The notes: generated by a model not told the origin, from the letters alone. Positions 37,396 through 51,544 are shown, numbered from the stretch's first letter. The stretch is 64,000 bases of DNA from Mobula hypostoma (GCF_963921235.1 NC_086109.1:31498001-31562000); one strand, 5' to 3'. Translations and numbers: made by a program.

Positions 37396-38232
37396 TTATG
37401 TGAAATTCAATATAGATCAGTGAGAATTCTGAGGTTAAAGGCGATAGATTGGGTCACTTTATATAAGTTCTAGAAGTAATGGCAGCGCAGACATATGGGA
37501 CTCCATGCGCATAAATTCTAAAATCTCATAGGTCGAAACAAAAAATTTCAAAATGGAGATTGAAATGTTGATATTTATCTCCAGTGGGCCAGAGTAAATG
37601 GAAGCAGTGGCATAACTAGTAGAGCTGCTGTTTTAAAATCCATCAACTGAAGTCTAGGGGTGTTGATGAAAATGTGGAAAGAATAAAGCAGGATTAGTGC
37701 AAATGGGTATAGTGGCCAGCATGGGTGTGACGGGCAGATGGGTCTGTTTCTTTACTATCTGATTCATGACAACCACTACAGCTATTAAACGTCCCAGTTA
37801 AACCCTAACAGGAATAGTATAAACAAATATTATGGATGATGCCAACGTAAAATAAAAACAGGAAATGCAAGAATGCTCAAGTGACTCGGCTGTGGTGAAA
37901 AAGAACAGAATAGTAATTTTGTAGAATTTAATTCTGGTGATATGCCAACAAGATGAAATGTTGCCTGATCCACAGATCCTAACTGACCTCCTGAGCATTT
38001 TATAATTTTCTGATATTTTTTTTCTAGAAAAATACAATTAGTTTTAGACACAACATCTGAAGAATAGAGGAAAGTCAGTACAGATTTTCTAAAATAATAA
38101 TTATATTCTCAAGGCTATACAAGTAAGAGAGAACATACAGACCAGGCCTCTACACCTTGTAGATTTAGCGTGGAAATAAAATGTTTAGCCATAGATCACA
38201 TATAATCTTTCTGAAGTTCAGGGCTGATTAGT

Positions 38233-39000
38233 CAAAGTTGAGTTTATTGTCATATGCACAAGTACATGTATGCGTAGGTGCAAGGCAAAATTGCAAGGGG
38301 CAGCATCACAGGTGCATAGCATCATGTAAATAGGCTTCACAGGAAAACATAAATCAAACATAAATTATATGCAATCTTTACAACAGAACATAATTTGAAC
38401 AAAGAAAAACTACTTTAGTGGTAAGTGGTCATAGTGTTGCTAAACTGTAGAGATTAGGGTTTTGCCAGTTGGTTTGTCTGGACTTCAGGCGGTATCTCAT
38501 ACCCAACTGTAGATGAGAAAAGATGACATGGCTTGGGTGGTAGGGATCTTTGATGTTAGATGTTGCCTTCTTGAAGCAATGCTTCCTGTAAGTACTACTC
38601 ATGGTGGGGAGGGGTTGGCCATAATATACTGGACAGAGCCCATTACTTTCTGCAATTTATATTCCTATTCATTTGAGCTGAAGTACAAGACCATGATGCA
38701 CACAGGTAAGGTACTTTTGATAGTATATCTGTAGAAGTTTGTTAGAATGCTCAGTGGCAAGCTGAACCTCTCTAACCTTCTGGAGTAGATACTGGTGCTC
38801 TTTCCTGATCATTGCATCTATGTGCTGGACCCAGGACAGCTCATCCATTTTGTTAACGCCGAGGAATTTAAAATTGCTGACTGTCTCCACCAGCAATCCC
38901 CCAATGAAGCTTGGCACATTTTTGTCCTCCTTCCATTTCCTGAAATCAACAATTACCTCTTTAGTTTTGCTTTCATTGAGTGAAAGGTTAACTTTGGAGG
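38233..39000 (-). mobile_element. Rex1 LINE 3' fragment
   Basis: ETVSNFKFLGVN..LSWVQHIDAMIRK. Confidence 0.8.
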
Positions 39001-39754
39001 AGGTAGACAGGGTATATTCTATATTATAGCGAAAAGGTTGCTCAAAAAAAGAAGCTATAACTAGGTAGTAAGATACAAAGCCATGAAAAAATCACAGGTA
39101 CCTGAATTAACTTTTCATTAACTTTTTTCTTCTCAATTTAAAAAAAATCGTTTTCGGTATGTTTTAGAATAGTGCAAAACTGATCCTAAAGATACATAGG
39201 GAATTGAATCAGTAAAGCATACAAGCTAGATTCATTACTAAGCTGTCAGAAAGTAAAGGATCCTATTCCCCCTCTAAATTGGCTGGGCTTGATTGTGCAT
39301 ATATCTAACCATCCAACCAAAAACACCTTTGACATGATTTTCTACATAGATTAAGTTATATTTTAAGTATTCACAAATTAACATTCTGGTCACTTGGATT
39401 CTCATTAATTGTGATGCTGCATCCATCCATCGAATACTTTAAAAACTAGTAAGTATCAACTTGGAAGTTGCATTCCAATCTTTATAAATTATTAAGTCAG
39501 CATCATTATGATTTATAGTTTTCAAACCTGCATGATGCTGAAAGTACTGTCTTTTAAAATCTTGCAATGGAAATTGTTATGGTGTTAACCGTAAAATGCC
39601 ATTATCAGTTGTTGTTTTTTTTTGGTGTATTTTGTTTTTACTTGTAATTTGTAAAGTTTCTGAATGTTAGACAGAGGCATTCATAAATAGTTTACATAAG
39701 ATCTTCCCAGATTGTGCTCTTCTATTAATGGTGTTTTGGTTGAATGCAATCATT

Positions 39755-40425
39755 TCAAAGTTCAAAATAAATTTATTATCAAAGTTATGTACATGTCACT
39801 GTATACTATCACAATGTTCATTTTCTTGTGGGTATTTACCATAGATACAAACAATAAAATAGAATCAATGATAAACAAGAAAGAAAGAAAGGAAGGAAGG
39901 AAGGACGAACATGAGTTGTAGAGTCCTTGAAAATGAGTTCATAGTTCAAAGAATCAGGTTCAATAACGTGGTGGGTGAAGCTCTACATGCTGGTTCATGA
40001 GCCTGATAGTAGAAGGGCAATAACTTCCCGAATCTGGTGGCAATATTCCCTCTAAGGTGTGCGTGTGTGCACGCACAAAGGAATTTAAACTGCACACAAA
40101 AGGTTGTCACTTTCCACCTCACTGGTATGTTAAGCATATTTCACAATCATACACAATCACATTTCCTTTTCTGGTTTCTGACGCGGATGGTGTTGACAAC
40201 ATGGAGTTTGCGATGATTTATCTGAAGATTTTAGAAATGGCTTATATTGTTTTTATTGAAGAAATTATTCAGTCTGCACATGTTGTTGTCACCAGGCAAA
40301 AAATTGCATAGCACAAGATTATTGCACACACTAGTCATTCCAAATTAGAAGGAATGTTGCCTGGTGATGTGGGACCTAAGACTCCCTTACTTCCTTCCCA
40401 ATGGCAGCAGTGAGAAGGGGGCATT
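39755..40425 (-). mobile_element. Rex1-type 3' tail interrupted by hAT MITE
   Basis: Shared tail motif; sequence resumes after 40360. Confidence 0.65.
40041..40359. mobile_element. hAT-type MITE (same family as 29396)
   Basis: TIR caatattccctctaa/ttagaaggaatgttg; 8-bp TSD tctggtgg/cctggtga. Confidence 0.82.
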
Positions 40426-42667
40426 GACAACCCTGGAAGACTGCAATTTTTACTCATTTCTAAATGTCTTGGATTGAAATAGTTATGTCTTTTAAGTAGT
40501 TTATGTTTTATATTTTTAAATTTATTGTGAGAATTTTTAAATTATTGTATTATAGTTGAAGTTATTTATAATAGTTTTTGAATACCTTGGAATCACATGG
40601 ATATTTATAAATATCAGTAAAAATTGGCACTTATGACAGCTGACAAAGCTGCAGCCTTTTCTTTGCTAACTACAATAGTTGGAGGTCAATATTGTCTCGT
40701 TAGCAATAGAAGTAATCTTAGTGAAGGTGACTCAGCTTTAAATACTCCACCCTACTACTGACAACATACCCTCCCCCATGTCTTATTTCTTTCCGCTCCT
40801 CCACCTGTCCATCACCGATACACTCTCCCATTGGATCTCATTTCACTATCATTCCCATCTGCTCATTTAACTCCCTTTATCTGGTTCTGTACTCCACAGG
40901 ATTAATGCATCTGCACAGTTTTTTGTCCATTGATCCTGTTTACAGTTATTGTTCTATAGATTTGCTAAGTATGCCCACAGAAAAAGAATCTCAGGGTTCT
41001 ATGTGGTGACACATATGTACTGTGATAATAAATTTTATTTTGAACTTCTTCACTATTTTTCCATCTCACGCAATATTAAATTTTATGTTGAAATTAATGT
41101 TAAACAATTAGATGACCATGTAGGAATGGTCACCAATTTACCAATCCAGTTACATAAAAATGATTCTGATGAGTCAGAGACATATGGGCTCATATCCCAG
41201 CCCAAAAGTTTAAATCAATTCTAACAGTTGATTGCAGCACTGGGGGAGAATTGAATCATTATAGGTGATCTTTCTCAGGTGAATACAAAACATTGTGCAG
41301 CATTATTTGAGGGACCAGACATTCTTGGTGCATTGTTCAATTAACTATCAACCAACTTCATAGAAAATATGTTTTCTAAATTATGAGACTGTGCTATGTG
41401 TGCTTTGGCTATTGTATTTCCCTTCATGAAAAAAAATACCAAACTTCATTGTATTAAATCATACAGTATGTAACATCTTATTTTTTCAAATCTGGAAGTC
41501 ACAGAAGATGCCATGTAAATGCAAGTTCTTTCCTTTATTGCAAGATTTATATACTTCAAATATAGATGCTTCCCTGTAACGTCAAAGTAATTCAAAGGCG
41601 TCCCAGATAATACCATCTGACAACAGATGTATATAATCACTAATTTGTTTTCTGCTTCAGATTTACTTCAAAGATCAACCTTGTCAATGTGCCAGGTGTT
41701 TAGTTATTTTCCAGATTTTGTTAATGCTTAGATGTAATGCTGAAACAATTACAAACCATTTGATTGTCTGTACTAACCTGAACCTGAAAGAAATCAAACT
41801 AATGTAATATTAAATTTAAATTTGTTTGAATCAGATTGATTTGCTGTAGAAATTCATTCTCAGTCACATATGCTAAACATGTGATATGGTAATATCTTCC
41901 CTTGGAATTCTGATTCTGAGAATAGCTTAAATTGAAGCCAATGGGGACACATTCCTGAAAGTGAAGTTCAATGCATGTGTGCTACTATATTGAGGTTTGA
42001 GCACAACGGCTGAGGAAGTACCCACATTAACTGATATTTTTAACAATCTGTTAAACCCTGTGCAAATATTCATGGTCCCCTAATGCTCTAATTACACAGC
42101 AAGAACATTGATTTTCTGAAACATTGACCAGAATCGGATGCTCGTACTTCAAATGATGTCATTTGATGCAAAACACCTGAAACAAAAAAAAAATGTTTTT
42201 ACTCTTGGCTTTCACAGTGAGCTACTATGATAGAAATGAAATTATCAAGAGAATACCAATAACAGCCAATAAAATCGCATCGAGGAGCATAATTCTGCAA
42301 CATTGCATACTTTTAAACATGATACTGTGACAATATTTGCCAGCTGCATTATATTTGCATTGTGCCACATTATTTAAAAAACTGCACCCTGCCACTGGCT
42401 AAGCTGTTTGATTTGACGCTACAAGTTTTCTCTGTTAATGTAGTTTCCAAATAGATTGCAAGCTGTTGGCCAATTTTCTTCCATATGATTGTGGACCAAG
42501 TTGCAACCAATGTCATATTGTTGAAAAACTTAACACAATAAGCACTGGAAGTATGCAGTATTCATCGTGGCAGTTATCTTGTCATGGCACTTGCAAAGCT
42601 ATTCCACACCCTCGTCGTACTTACGAGGTCAGCACATGCTTTCATCTTGGCCTCTTTGACCACTCTC

Positions 42668-42896
42668 TGAAGCACCTTCAATTATTCCAAAAGACTGAAG
42701 TAAATACTGAAAGGCTTTTATTTGCAGTAAAATATGACTTCCAGCATGCTGCGTGTCTGCCCCTGGACTGAGGGGGAGGAGCAGGGCAAAATCACCTTTA
42801 TTCAGGGGTCTGTGGAGGAGTCACAGGAGCAGTCAACAGAGGGGCGTGTTCAGGCAGTTAACCCAGTTACAACATATATATATATGGTTTACCATA
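42668..42896 (-). mobile_element. Solo LTR, 229 bp (same family as 5056)
   Basis: Reverse-complement similarity; 5-bp TSD CTCTC (42663-42667/42897-42901). Confidence 0.85.
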
Positions 42897-43547
42897 CTCT
42901 CTTTATTATTAATCCCAGCAGACCGCTGCTGAAAATGGAGAAACCAGTCAAGGGGACTATCACTGTAAGGCCTATATTGCAATCTCTATGTTTCAGTACT
43001 GTTTTGAATGACTAACAGCCAGATGTTTAAGGAGGCCACCACAAACAAAGAAAACACAGACCTTGAGGAACGTGCCTCTTCTGTCATCAGCACATCTGTA
43101 AGTGTATAGATAATATTAGTACATCAAGAACAGGCAACTTATGGCCCAACTAGAAGTCATAGCTGAACGTAAAGGTGCATTCCCTAATAAAAGCCAGTGA
43201 TGCTGCCTTCATGTCTGGAAGCAGAACATCTCTCAGTGGAGCCAGGGAAAACCTCATTTTAGGCATCAAGAAGGTATAGACTGCTTATGCACGAAAAATT
43301 CAGGAACAGCTGTCGGATAACAATGTGGCTAGGCATCAATTGCATTACTGACTACGCAAAGAAAAACATCGCCGACTGTACCAGTGACATTCCCCTCCCT
43401 GATGCTCTAAATAACATGCTTCAAGGCATGCAACACAACCAAAGTCATGAAAAGCAACCCCAGCCAGGTGAGTAACCACTATCTGTAACAGAAGCAGATG
43501 TGAGAAGGACTATGCAGAACGTCAATCCCTGTAAGGCAACATTTGAG

Positions 43548-43965
43548 GCCTAGTACTCAGGGAGTGAAGAAGGTTGAGAGGGGACTTGATAGAGGTGTTT
43601 AAATTTATGAGGGAGATTGATAGAGTTGATGTGGATAGGCTTTTTCCATTGAGAGTGGGGGAGATTCAAACAAGAGGACATGAGTTGAGAGTTAAAGGGC
43701 AAAAGTTTAGGGGTAACATGAGGGGGAACTTCTTTACTTAGAGAGTTGTGGCTGTGAGGAACGAGCTTCCAGAAGAAGTGGTTGAGGCTGGTTCGATGTT
43801 GTCTTTTAAAGTTAAATTGGATAGATATATGGACAGGAAGGGAATGGAGGGTTATGGACCGAGTGCAGGTCGGTGGGACTAGGTGAGGGTAGGAGTTCGG
43901 CACTGACTAGAAGGGCCGACATGGCCTGTTTCCGTGCTGTAATTGTTATATGGTTATATGGTTAT
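43548..43965 (+). mobile_element. CR1 LINE 3' end
   Basis: RRLRGDLIEVFKFMRE coding; (GTTATATG)n tail. Confidence 0.85.
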
Positions 43966-44079
43966 ATGAGTGTGCACACCAGCTTACTGAGGTCTTCACG
44001 GACATTGTCAGCACTTCATTTACCCAGGCTGCTGTCCCCACATGCTTCAACTCAGCCACCATCATCCCTGTACCAAAGA

Positions 44080-47000
44080 TCATAAGACATAGGAGCAGAA
44101 TTGAGCCATTTAGTTCATTGAGTCTGCACCACCATTCCACCATGGCTGATCCTGGATCCCACTCAACCCCATATCCTTTGATGTCCCGACCGATCAGGAA
44201 ACTATCACCTTCCGCCTTAAATATACACAAGGGCTTGGCCTCCACCGTAGTCTGTGGCAGAGCATTCCACAGATTCACCACTCTCTGGCTAAAAAAATTC
44301 CTCCTTGCCTCCATTCTAAAAGGTAGCCCCTCAATTTGGAGCCTGTGCCCCCAGTTCTGGATATCCCCAATATAATAATCATCCTCTCTACATCGAGCCT
44401 TTTTACTCCTTTCAACGGTAGGTTTCAATAAGATCCTCCCACATTCTTCTAAATTCCAGTCAGTACAGGCCCAAAGTTGCCAAATGCTCCTCATGTGTTA
44501 TCCCCTTCATTCTTGGCATCATCCTCGTGAACTTCCTCTGGACTCTCCCATGAGATATGGGGCCTAAAACTGTTGACAATACTCCAAGTGTGGCCTGATT
44601 TTATAGGCATCTGTTAGTCTCGTGAGACCATGGATTTGCGCCTTGGAAGGTTTCCAAGGCGCAGGCCTGGGCAAGGTTGTATGGAAGACCGGCAGTTGCC
44701 CATGCTGCAAGTCTCCCCTCTCCACACCACCGATGTTGTCCAAGGGGGGCACTAGGGCTGATACAGCTTTGCACCAGTGTCATTGTAGAGCACTGTGTGG
44801 TTAAGTGCCTTACTCAAGGACACAACACGTTGCCTCAGCTGAGGCTCAAACTAGTGACCTTCAGATCAATAGACCGACGCATTAACCACTTGACCACGCG
44901 CCAACACATTGATTAGTGTGATTAGTGTGGTCTGATTAGTGTCTTATAAAGCCTCGGCATTATCTCCTTGCTTTTATATTCTATTCCCCTTGAAATAATG
45001 CCAACATTACATTTGCCTCCTTTACCACCGACTCAACCTGTAAATTAACCTTCTGGAAGTCTTGTAAGAGGACCCCTAAGTCCCTCTGCACCTCTGATGT
45101 TTGAACCTTCTCTCCACTTAGATAGCATCTGCATTATTGTTCCTTTTATGAAAATGCATTATCATACATTACCCAACGCTGTATTCGATCTGCTACTTTC
45201 TTACTCAATCTTCCAATGTGTCTAAGTCCTGCTGCAATCACATTTCTTCCTCAGAACTACTTATCCCTCCACCTATCTTCATATCATCCACAACCTTTGC
45301 CACAAAACCATCAATTCCAAAGTAGAAGTCCCAATACTAACCCCAGATGAACACCACTAGTCACTGGCAGCCAACCAGAAAAAGCCCCCTTGATTCCCAC
45401 TCGCTGCCTCCTGCCTGTCAGCCATTCCTCTCTCCATGCCAGTATCTTTCCTGTAAAGTCATAGGATTTTATCTTTTTAAGCAACCTGATGTGTGGCACC
45501 TTATCAAATGCCTTCTGAAAATCCAACTAAAAGACATCCGCTGTCTTTCCTTTGTCCACCCATTTAGGTATTTCCTTGAAGACCTAACTAATTTGCCAGG
45601 CAAGATTTCCCTTTATAGAAACCATGCCGATTTTGACATATTTTATCATTAGTCTCCTAGTACCCTGAAACTTCATCCTTAATAATAGACTCCAACACTT
45701 TCCCAACCACTGAGGTTAGGCTAACTGGCTTATAATTTCCTTTCTTTTGCCTTCCTCCTTTCTTAAAGAGTGGAGTGACATTTGCAATCTTCCAGTCCTC
45801 TGGAACTATGCCAGAATCAAGTGATTTTTGAAAGATCATGACCAATGCATCCATTATCTCTTCAGCAACCTCTCTCAGGACTCTGGGGTGTCATCCATCT
45901 GGACCAGCTGACTTATCCACTTTAAGACCTTTGAGTTTGCTTAGCACTTTTTCCTTTGCAATAGCAATGTCACTCACTCCTGCTCCCTGATTCTCACAGA
46001 CCTCTGGCACACTGTTGATGCGTTCCACAGTGAAGACTGATGCAAAGTACTTATTGAGTTCATCTCCCATTTCTTTGTTCCCCATTACTACCTCACCAGC
46101 ATCATTTTCCTGTGGTCCAATATCAACTCTTACATCTTTTTTATTCTTTATATAACTGAAAAAACTTTTAGTATCCCGCTTTGTATTACTGGCTAGTTTG
46201 CCGTCATATTTCATCTGTTCCTTTCTTATAGCTTGCTTAGTTGCCTTTTGTTGGATTTTAAAAGCTTCCAATCATCCAACCTCCCACTCCCTTTTGCTAC
46301 ATTATATTCCTTTTCCTTGGCTTTACTGCTGTCCTTAACCTCCCTTGTAAGCCGATATTGCCTACTCCTGCTAATTCAGAACAACTTCTTCTGTGGGACA
46401 TATCAATCCTCCATCTTGTGAACTATTCTCAGAAACTTCAGCATCTCTGTTCTACCGTGATCTCCACCAGTATCCTTCAATCCACCTGGGCAAACACCAC
46501 TCTTATGCCTCTGTAATTCCCTTTATTCCTTTGTGATACTGATACATGTGACTTATGCTCCTCCCTTTCAAATTTCAGTAGGAATTCAATCAAATTATGA
46601 TCGCTGCCTCCTAAGAGTTCCTTTACATTGAGCTCCCTAATAAGATCTGGGTTATTACACAACACCCAATCTAAAAAGTCTTTCCCCAAGTAGGCTCAAG
46701 CACAAGCTGCTCTAAAAAGCCATCTCTGAGGCGTTCAACAAATTCCATCTCTTGATATCTAACAACATCTGGTTTTCCCCATCCCCCTGCATATTGAAGT
46801 CCCCCGTTAGAATTGTGACATTACCCTTATTACATGCCTTTTCCAGCTCCCTTTGCAATTTACCTCACATCTTGGCTACCATTTGGAGGCCTATATATGA
46901 TTCCCATAATGATATTTTACCCTTACAGCTTCTTAACTGCACTCACAAAGATCCAACATTTTCTGACACTATATCACCTCTTTCTAAAGATGTAATTCCA

Positions 47001-47300
47001 TCTCTTACCAACAGAGACACACCACCGCCTATGCCTTTCTGCCTGATCTTTTGATGCAAGGTATATCCTTTGATGTTAAGCTCCCAACTATGACCTTCTT
47101 TCAGCCACGACTCAGTGACGCCCACAACATCATACCATCCAATCTCAAATTGCGCCACAGGTTTGTCCACCTTATTCTGAGTGCTACGTGCATTTACTAC
47201 AGCACCTTCAGTCCTGTATTCTTTACCTTTCGAAGTTTGCCTCTGTGGTACAATTCAACTCTTCTCTCTGTCTGCATTTGTATCCAATTATTGGCTTGTC
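44080..47300 (-). mobile_element. CR1 LINE ORF2, near complete, decayed
   Basis: YDVVGVTESWL, LGGSDHNLIEF, DKSAGPDG, WKIANVTPLFKKG, DFQKAFDKVPH, RPHLEYCQQF, NFFSQRVVNLWNALP. Confidence 0.92.
44601..44907 (-). mobile_element. tRNA-derived SINE with RTE-type tail, nested in CR1
   Basis: Minus head gtgttggcgcgtggtcaagtggtt..agtttgagcc..gtgtccttgagtaaggcacttaac; TSD agtgtggcctgatt/agtgtggtctgatt (44587/44924). Confidence 0.78.
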
Positions 47301-47709
47301 CCTCCAAAGAACTCTACAGCATCAGAACTAAATGACTATCACCTGGTGGCACTGATGACAATTATCATGAAGTACTTTGAACGGCTGGTTATGGTACTCA
47401 TCGAAATCTCCTTTCCTGCCACCCTGAACACTCATCCATATGCATACTGACAGAACCACTTCATCAACTACTGTTATGTTAGTGCCTAGTTAATTTCTAC
47501 TAGCGGTTATTGCAATTCCACCTAGGTTTAATGTTTTTCTTTCAATAAGTTGCTGAAGTCCATAGGTGCAGAAGTAGGTTCTGAAAGAATCTGTCCTCAG
47601 TTCAAGGCTTCTGTTCAGTTGAATTGTTCCCACTCATCTGTGAAGTCAATTTTCCCCGGAACACAGCATGGCTGGAAGAAAGCACACTGTGCAGAGTACT
47701 TGAAAATTG

Positions 47710-47930
47710 AAATAAAAAAACCTGCAGGTTCTAAAGTTCTGTGTTACAATCAGAAAGTGCTGGAATTTCTCAGTAGGTAAGGTACTACTAAACGAAAGAG
47801 GAACAGTTAATGTTTCCGGGCAGAAAACGTTCATCAGAACTGACTAACTCTGGTAAAAGTGTCCCAGATCTGAAACTTCCTCTTTCCACAAATTATGCGT
47901 GACTACGAGTATTTCCAGCTCTTTATACCT
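47710..47930. mobile_element. Divergent fold-back PLE element with hammerhead motif at 47804-47842 (-)
   Basis: Minus CAGUU-CUGAUGA-..-GAAAC-AUU-AACUG; decayed inverted arm. Confidence 0.55.
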
Positions 47931-48719
47931 TTTTACTTACAGAACGGCTGAAAAAAGAGAGGAGGAAGGGAAGGCAGAGTTGGAGTGGTGGGGGGGAGGG
48001 GATCAGATGTTCAATGTGTTTGGGACATAAATCCACTATCAGTGCTTCAGTATGAACTATGACCTTTTAGAAATGTGTCCTCTGTGGTAGCTGAGTTCAA
48101 CTGCAGAATAGGGCATGAACCATATTGCCAACAGCTGTCAAGATGGCTGTGTACATGAGCTTTTATGGATGCAAGTCCTTCTGTTTACCAGCTGGAGATA
48201 TTTGTTGCATTAAGTACTGAGGTCTGTACACAAAAAAAAAGCAGACGATATTTCACTCTGCCTTGGTAGACTGAGCACATGGCTTTGAGAGTACAGTTGG
48301 CCTTTCCATGGGTTTGGATGCTTCTGACTGCAGATATAATGCTTACATGTGTTGCATGTCTGCTATGAGATGTACAACTTGAAAGGATTTCACTTCAACA
48401 GCGTCCAAGCTCGTGTGTGACCAAAAGCAGTTAATTAAAATAAATACAGATCCTGCTGAGAGCTGCAGTGCCTTCAATCTGTGGCAAATTATGCCTACCA
48501 GCAGCAGGAGCTAGGACAACTCATTGGCATGATAAAACAAGGCTTCCATTGCCTGGAGTTTATAAAGTAGCACTGCCGTACTGTTAGAGCGGAAAGGGAA
48601 AATGCCATCCCGGTTTAAAATGCTGCCGCTGAAATCCAGCGACTACTTACTGGCAACAACTAAATGCTTCATTAATAGCACTTTTTCTATTATAAATTAT
48701 GGTAAACGATCGCTGCAGA

Positions 48720-49255
48720 CAATGAAGAGGCAAGGCTGAGTCAAAATTCGAAGCATGCGACTGCGAGGCAAAGTAGGAGCAAGTTTGAGGCATGTTCAAG
48801 GAGAAGTCGAAGTGACCGGAGGAGAGGCAAATTTGAGGCCTGTCCGTGTAAACTGAGAGCGAGGCTTGGTCGATCCAAATGCCGAGCCAATTTGGAAAGG
48901 TCGTCTATGGGCTGAAACGTCGTGGTGAGGTCCAGGCTCAGAGCATACAGATGCAACAGGGCCCAGATCTTAGAGTGAGGAATGACCAAATGTTTGAACA
49001 ATTTAAATGCTGGGCCAGATGGATTGAAAACGCAGGGAGTCAGGACCAGAGGCAGGGGTTGGGTTGTCTCTGCTCGCTACTCCATGATGTTTATTCCACT
49101 CTGCACAGCACGGAGGATGAGACTATGGCCCACTCCAGGCTTCATGTCTGAGGGTTTACTTTCACTCAAAGTGGTATTTGCTTATTTTTATTGATTGCAC
49201 AATTTATTTCTTTTTCTCTCTGCACATTGGGTGTTTGGCAGTCTTTGTTTGCTCT
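48720..49255 (+). mobile_element. Non-autonomous non-LTR element fragment
   Basis: Internal short repeats (aagtttgaggc/aaatttgaggcc); partial Rex1-type tail tttttctctctgcacattgggtgttt. Confidence 0.45.
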
Positions 49256-51161
49256 GTCATCGTTACAAAATAAGCATCTGTAAAATAAGAGAAGCTGCTC
49301 AGTGGAAGAGAGAACCTAGACTCCCCTTGATGACCTGTCTGTAAACATCTGATAGTGACAGGAGTGTACATAAAGCTAGTTCTTTGTTTGCCAACAACCT
49401 GGCATCTTGCCTTTTGTCCATTATCCCAATATCTGCTTGACCACAAAGACAATGTAGAAGCGAACACAAAATAAGCATTCTTGGGCAGATTTATAAATTA
49501 TGGTACACCCTACTGAAAGAAATGTTATAACAAAGGTCAACCTTTAAGAAATCTATTACCTGCCGTATCTGAAAGTACAACCTCTGAAGATAGCAAGAAA
49601 TATATTGCCAAATGCTGTTGAGATAACTGTAAATGAGCTCTTATGGTTATAACTCACTCTGTAAAAGAGCAGCAGATATTTGCACCAACTCATAGTCTGC
49701 TGTGCAACAATAAAGTCAAGTTTTCTTCTTCTATTGACAGCCTTCCCTTTCTGTTCCTCAGCTACATTCTGTATGTAACTGTAGCAATACTGGGCTGTTG
49801 TGCAGGTGAGGATCTGAAACAAACAACGGGCCATCACACATTTTCACAGTCTTCTAACAGAGCTCCACCAGAAAATCCATGCATTTGAAGCATTGCTTTA
49901 CCACGCCATTGAATTGTTCTAGACAGTGTGACTAGCATTCATAGTTTTCCTAGGATTGAAGGCACTACAGCTGTTGCCAGGATACCAAGCATGACTCACT
50001 GCTTTTGGTCACTTCATCAGCATCCAATTAGTGTATCTTCAAGCTATAGTTCGCCCCATGGTTGATATGCAGCAACAGCAATGCATAATATCTGAAGTCA
50101 GGCTTGTCATCCATTTACTTTTGCATTTCCTCATGTTTACATAGTGCTACTCCAATGCTTAAGGTGTACTTATGCTAAACTTCAGTGGGAGATGACCTTC
50201 AGCAGCTCTGGACTTGGCAGGTCCAAGTTTACAGTGCAGCATCTGGGCATGAGCAGCAGCTAGTTGATGGAAAACGCTGCAATCACTGGTGGAGTGGCCA
50301 AGGCAGAAGGATTAATGTTGACAACTGAAGAGATGCAGTACTTCATTAGTGCATTGCCTTCGCAATCTGCTTATCGACAGATTGAACCATTGCTAACACA
50401 CCCTGCAAGCTTTCTTCACAGTGGTGCCAAAACCACTGTGAGAGCAGGGTGAAGTTATATGGATTTATGTGGCTGAAGGCTGACATGCATATTAGCAAGC
50501 TGTGTCTGTACCACAGTACCTGAATGTTCAATGGCTTCTGCGTGTGCTGGGAGGGCGACTGAGTTATTAGTCAACTGTTACAGTGCCTGAGCTTTCTTGG
50601 CTCCACACTGAAACAACACAAGCCATCATTTCCATGCTGGAAATAATAGACTCTGCAAAACAATGTCTGTGTCAGATTTCATCCTGTCCTCTTAGAAAAT
50701 CTAATAGTCTTTTGACAGAACTGGCAATGCGCCAAGCATTTCACAATGTAAATCCAGCAGCCTTCCTCATCTGGACTGCCTGCTCTCAGAACTTGTGTGT
50801 GACCTCTCTGCTAGGGAGCTGGGAAAAGATCCATTCTTCCCTGCTGCCTCTTCTGCAGGTCCTTTACCATGTCCTCTCTGAAACCTATAATCTAAATTAC
50901 CATCGTTTCAGTGCCTGATCTTGTGCCTGTGAGTGTTGAATAAGTATTAGTTTTTCTTACTTAATTTTTACTCTTTTAGTGCTTGTTGAAAGTGGATTGA
51001 CTTTTTGAATATGGAAATTGAGGCTAAAAGGAGTTGATGAAAGCTAAAAAAAAAGAAACACATGCTTAAATTCTCCACAGATCTAATATCTGTGAGGGAG
51101 GGAAAGTATGTTGAGGAAAAAGTCGAAATGATCAAACCAGCCTGCACAATCCTTTCATCTT

Positions 51162-51165
<4 letters not shown>

Positions 51166-51200
<35 letters not shown>
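51166..51200. repeat. (CA)n microsatellite
   Basis: Direct. Confidence 0.95.
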
Positions 51201-51202
<2 letters not shown>

Positions 51203-51544
51203 CCAACTGACTACTCACTGGGGGCTCAAGACGTAATATGGGGTGTTGCTCACCTTGGTTGTGGAGGAGGCCATGGATGGGCAACATGATGTGAGACTGG
51301 GGAGGGGAAACTGTCCGCCAAAACCATCTGGCGCTCTTGGTTGCGTCATTTTAAGTTGGCTTCCCATTCAACATTCAAAAGTACATTTATTATCAAAGTA
51401 TGCAAGTAGTATACAATGCTGAGTTTTATTTTCTTCACAGACAGCCACAAAACAAAGAAAACCATGGAACCCATTCAAAGAAAAACTTCAACCCCACGTG
51501 CAAAAAAAAATCACGCAAATGGCAGTAAGAATGTCAACCCCACG

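Larger units (their letters stand above)
43000..47465 (+). mobile_element. Decayed Rex1 LINE split by two CR1 insertions (pieces ~43000-43545, 43966-44080, 47300-47465)
   Basis: ECAHQLTEVFTDI..VPTCFNSATIIPVPK continuing as KNSTASELNDYHLVALMTIIMKYFERLV. Confidence 0.75.

Noticed and set aside
38452..38462. Single TTAGGG
   Set aside because: One hexamer inside a Rex1 tail; chance level.
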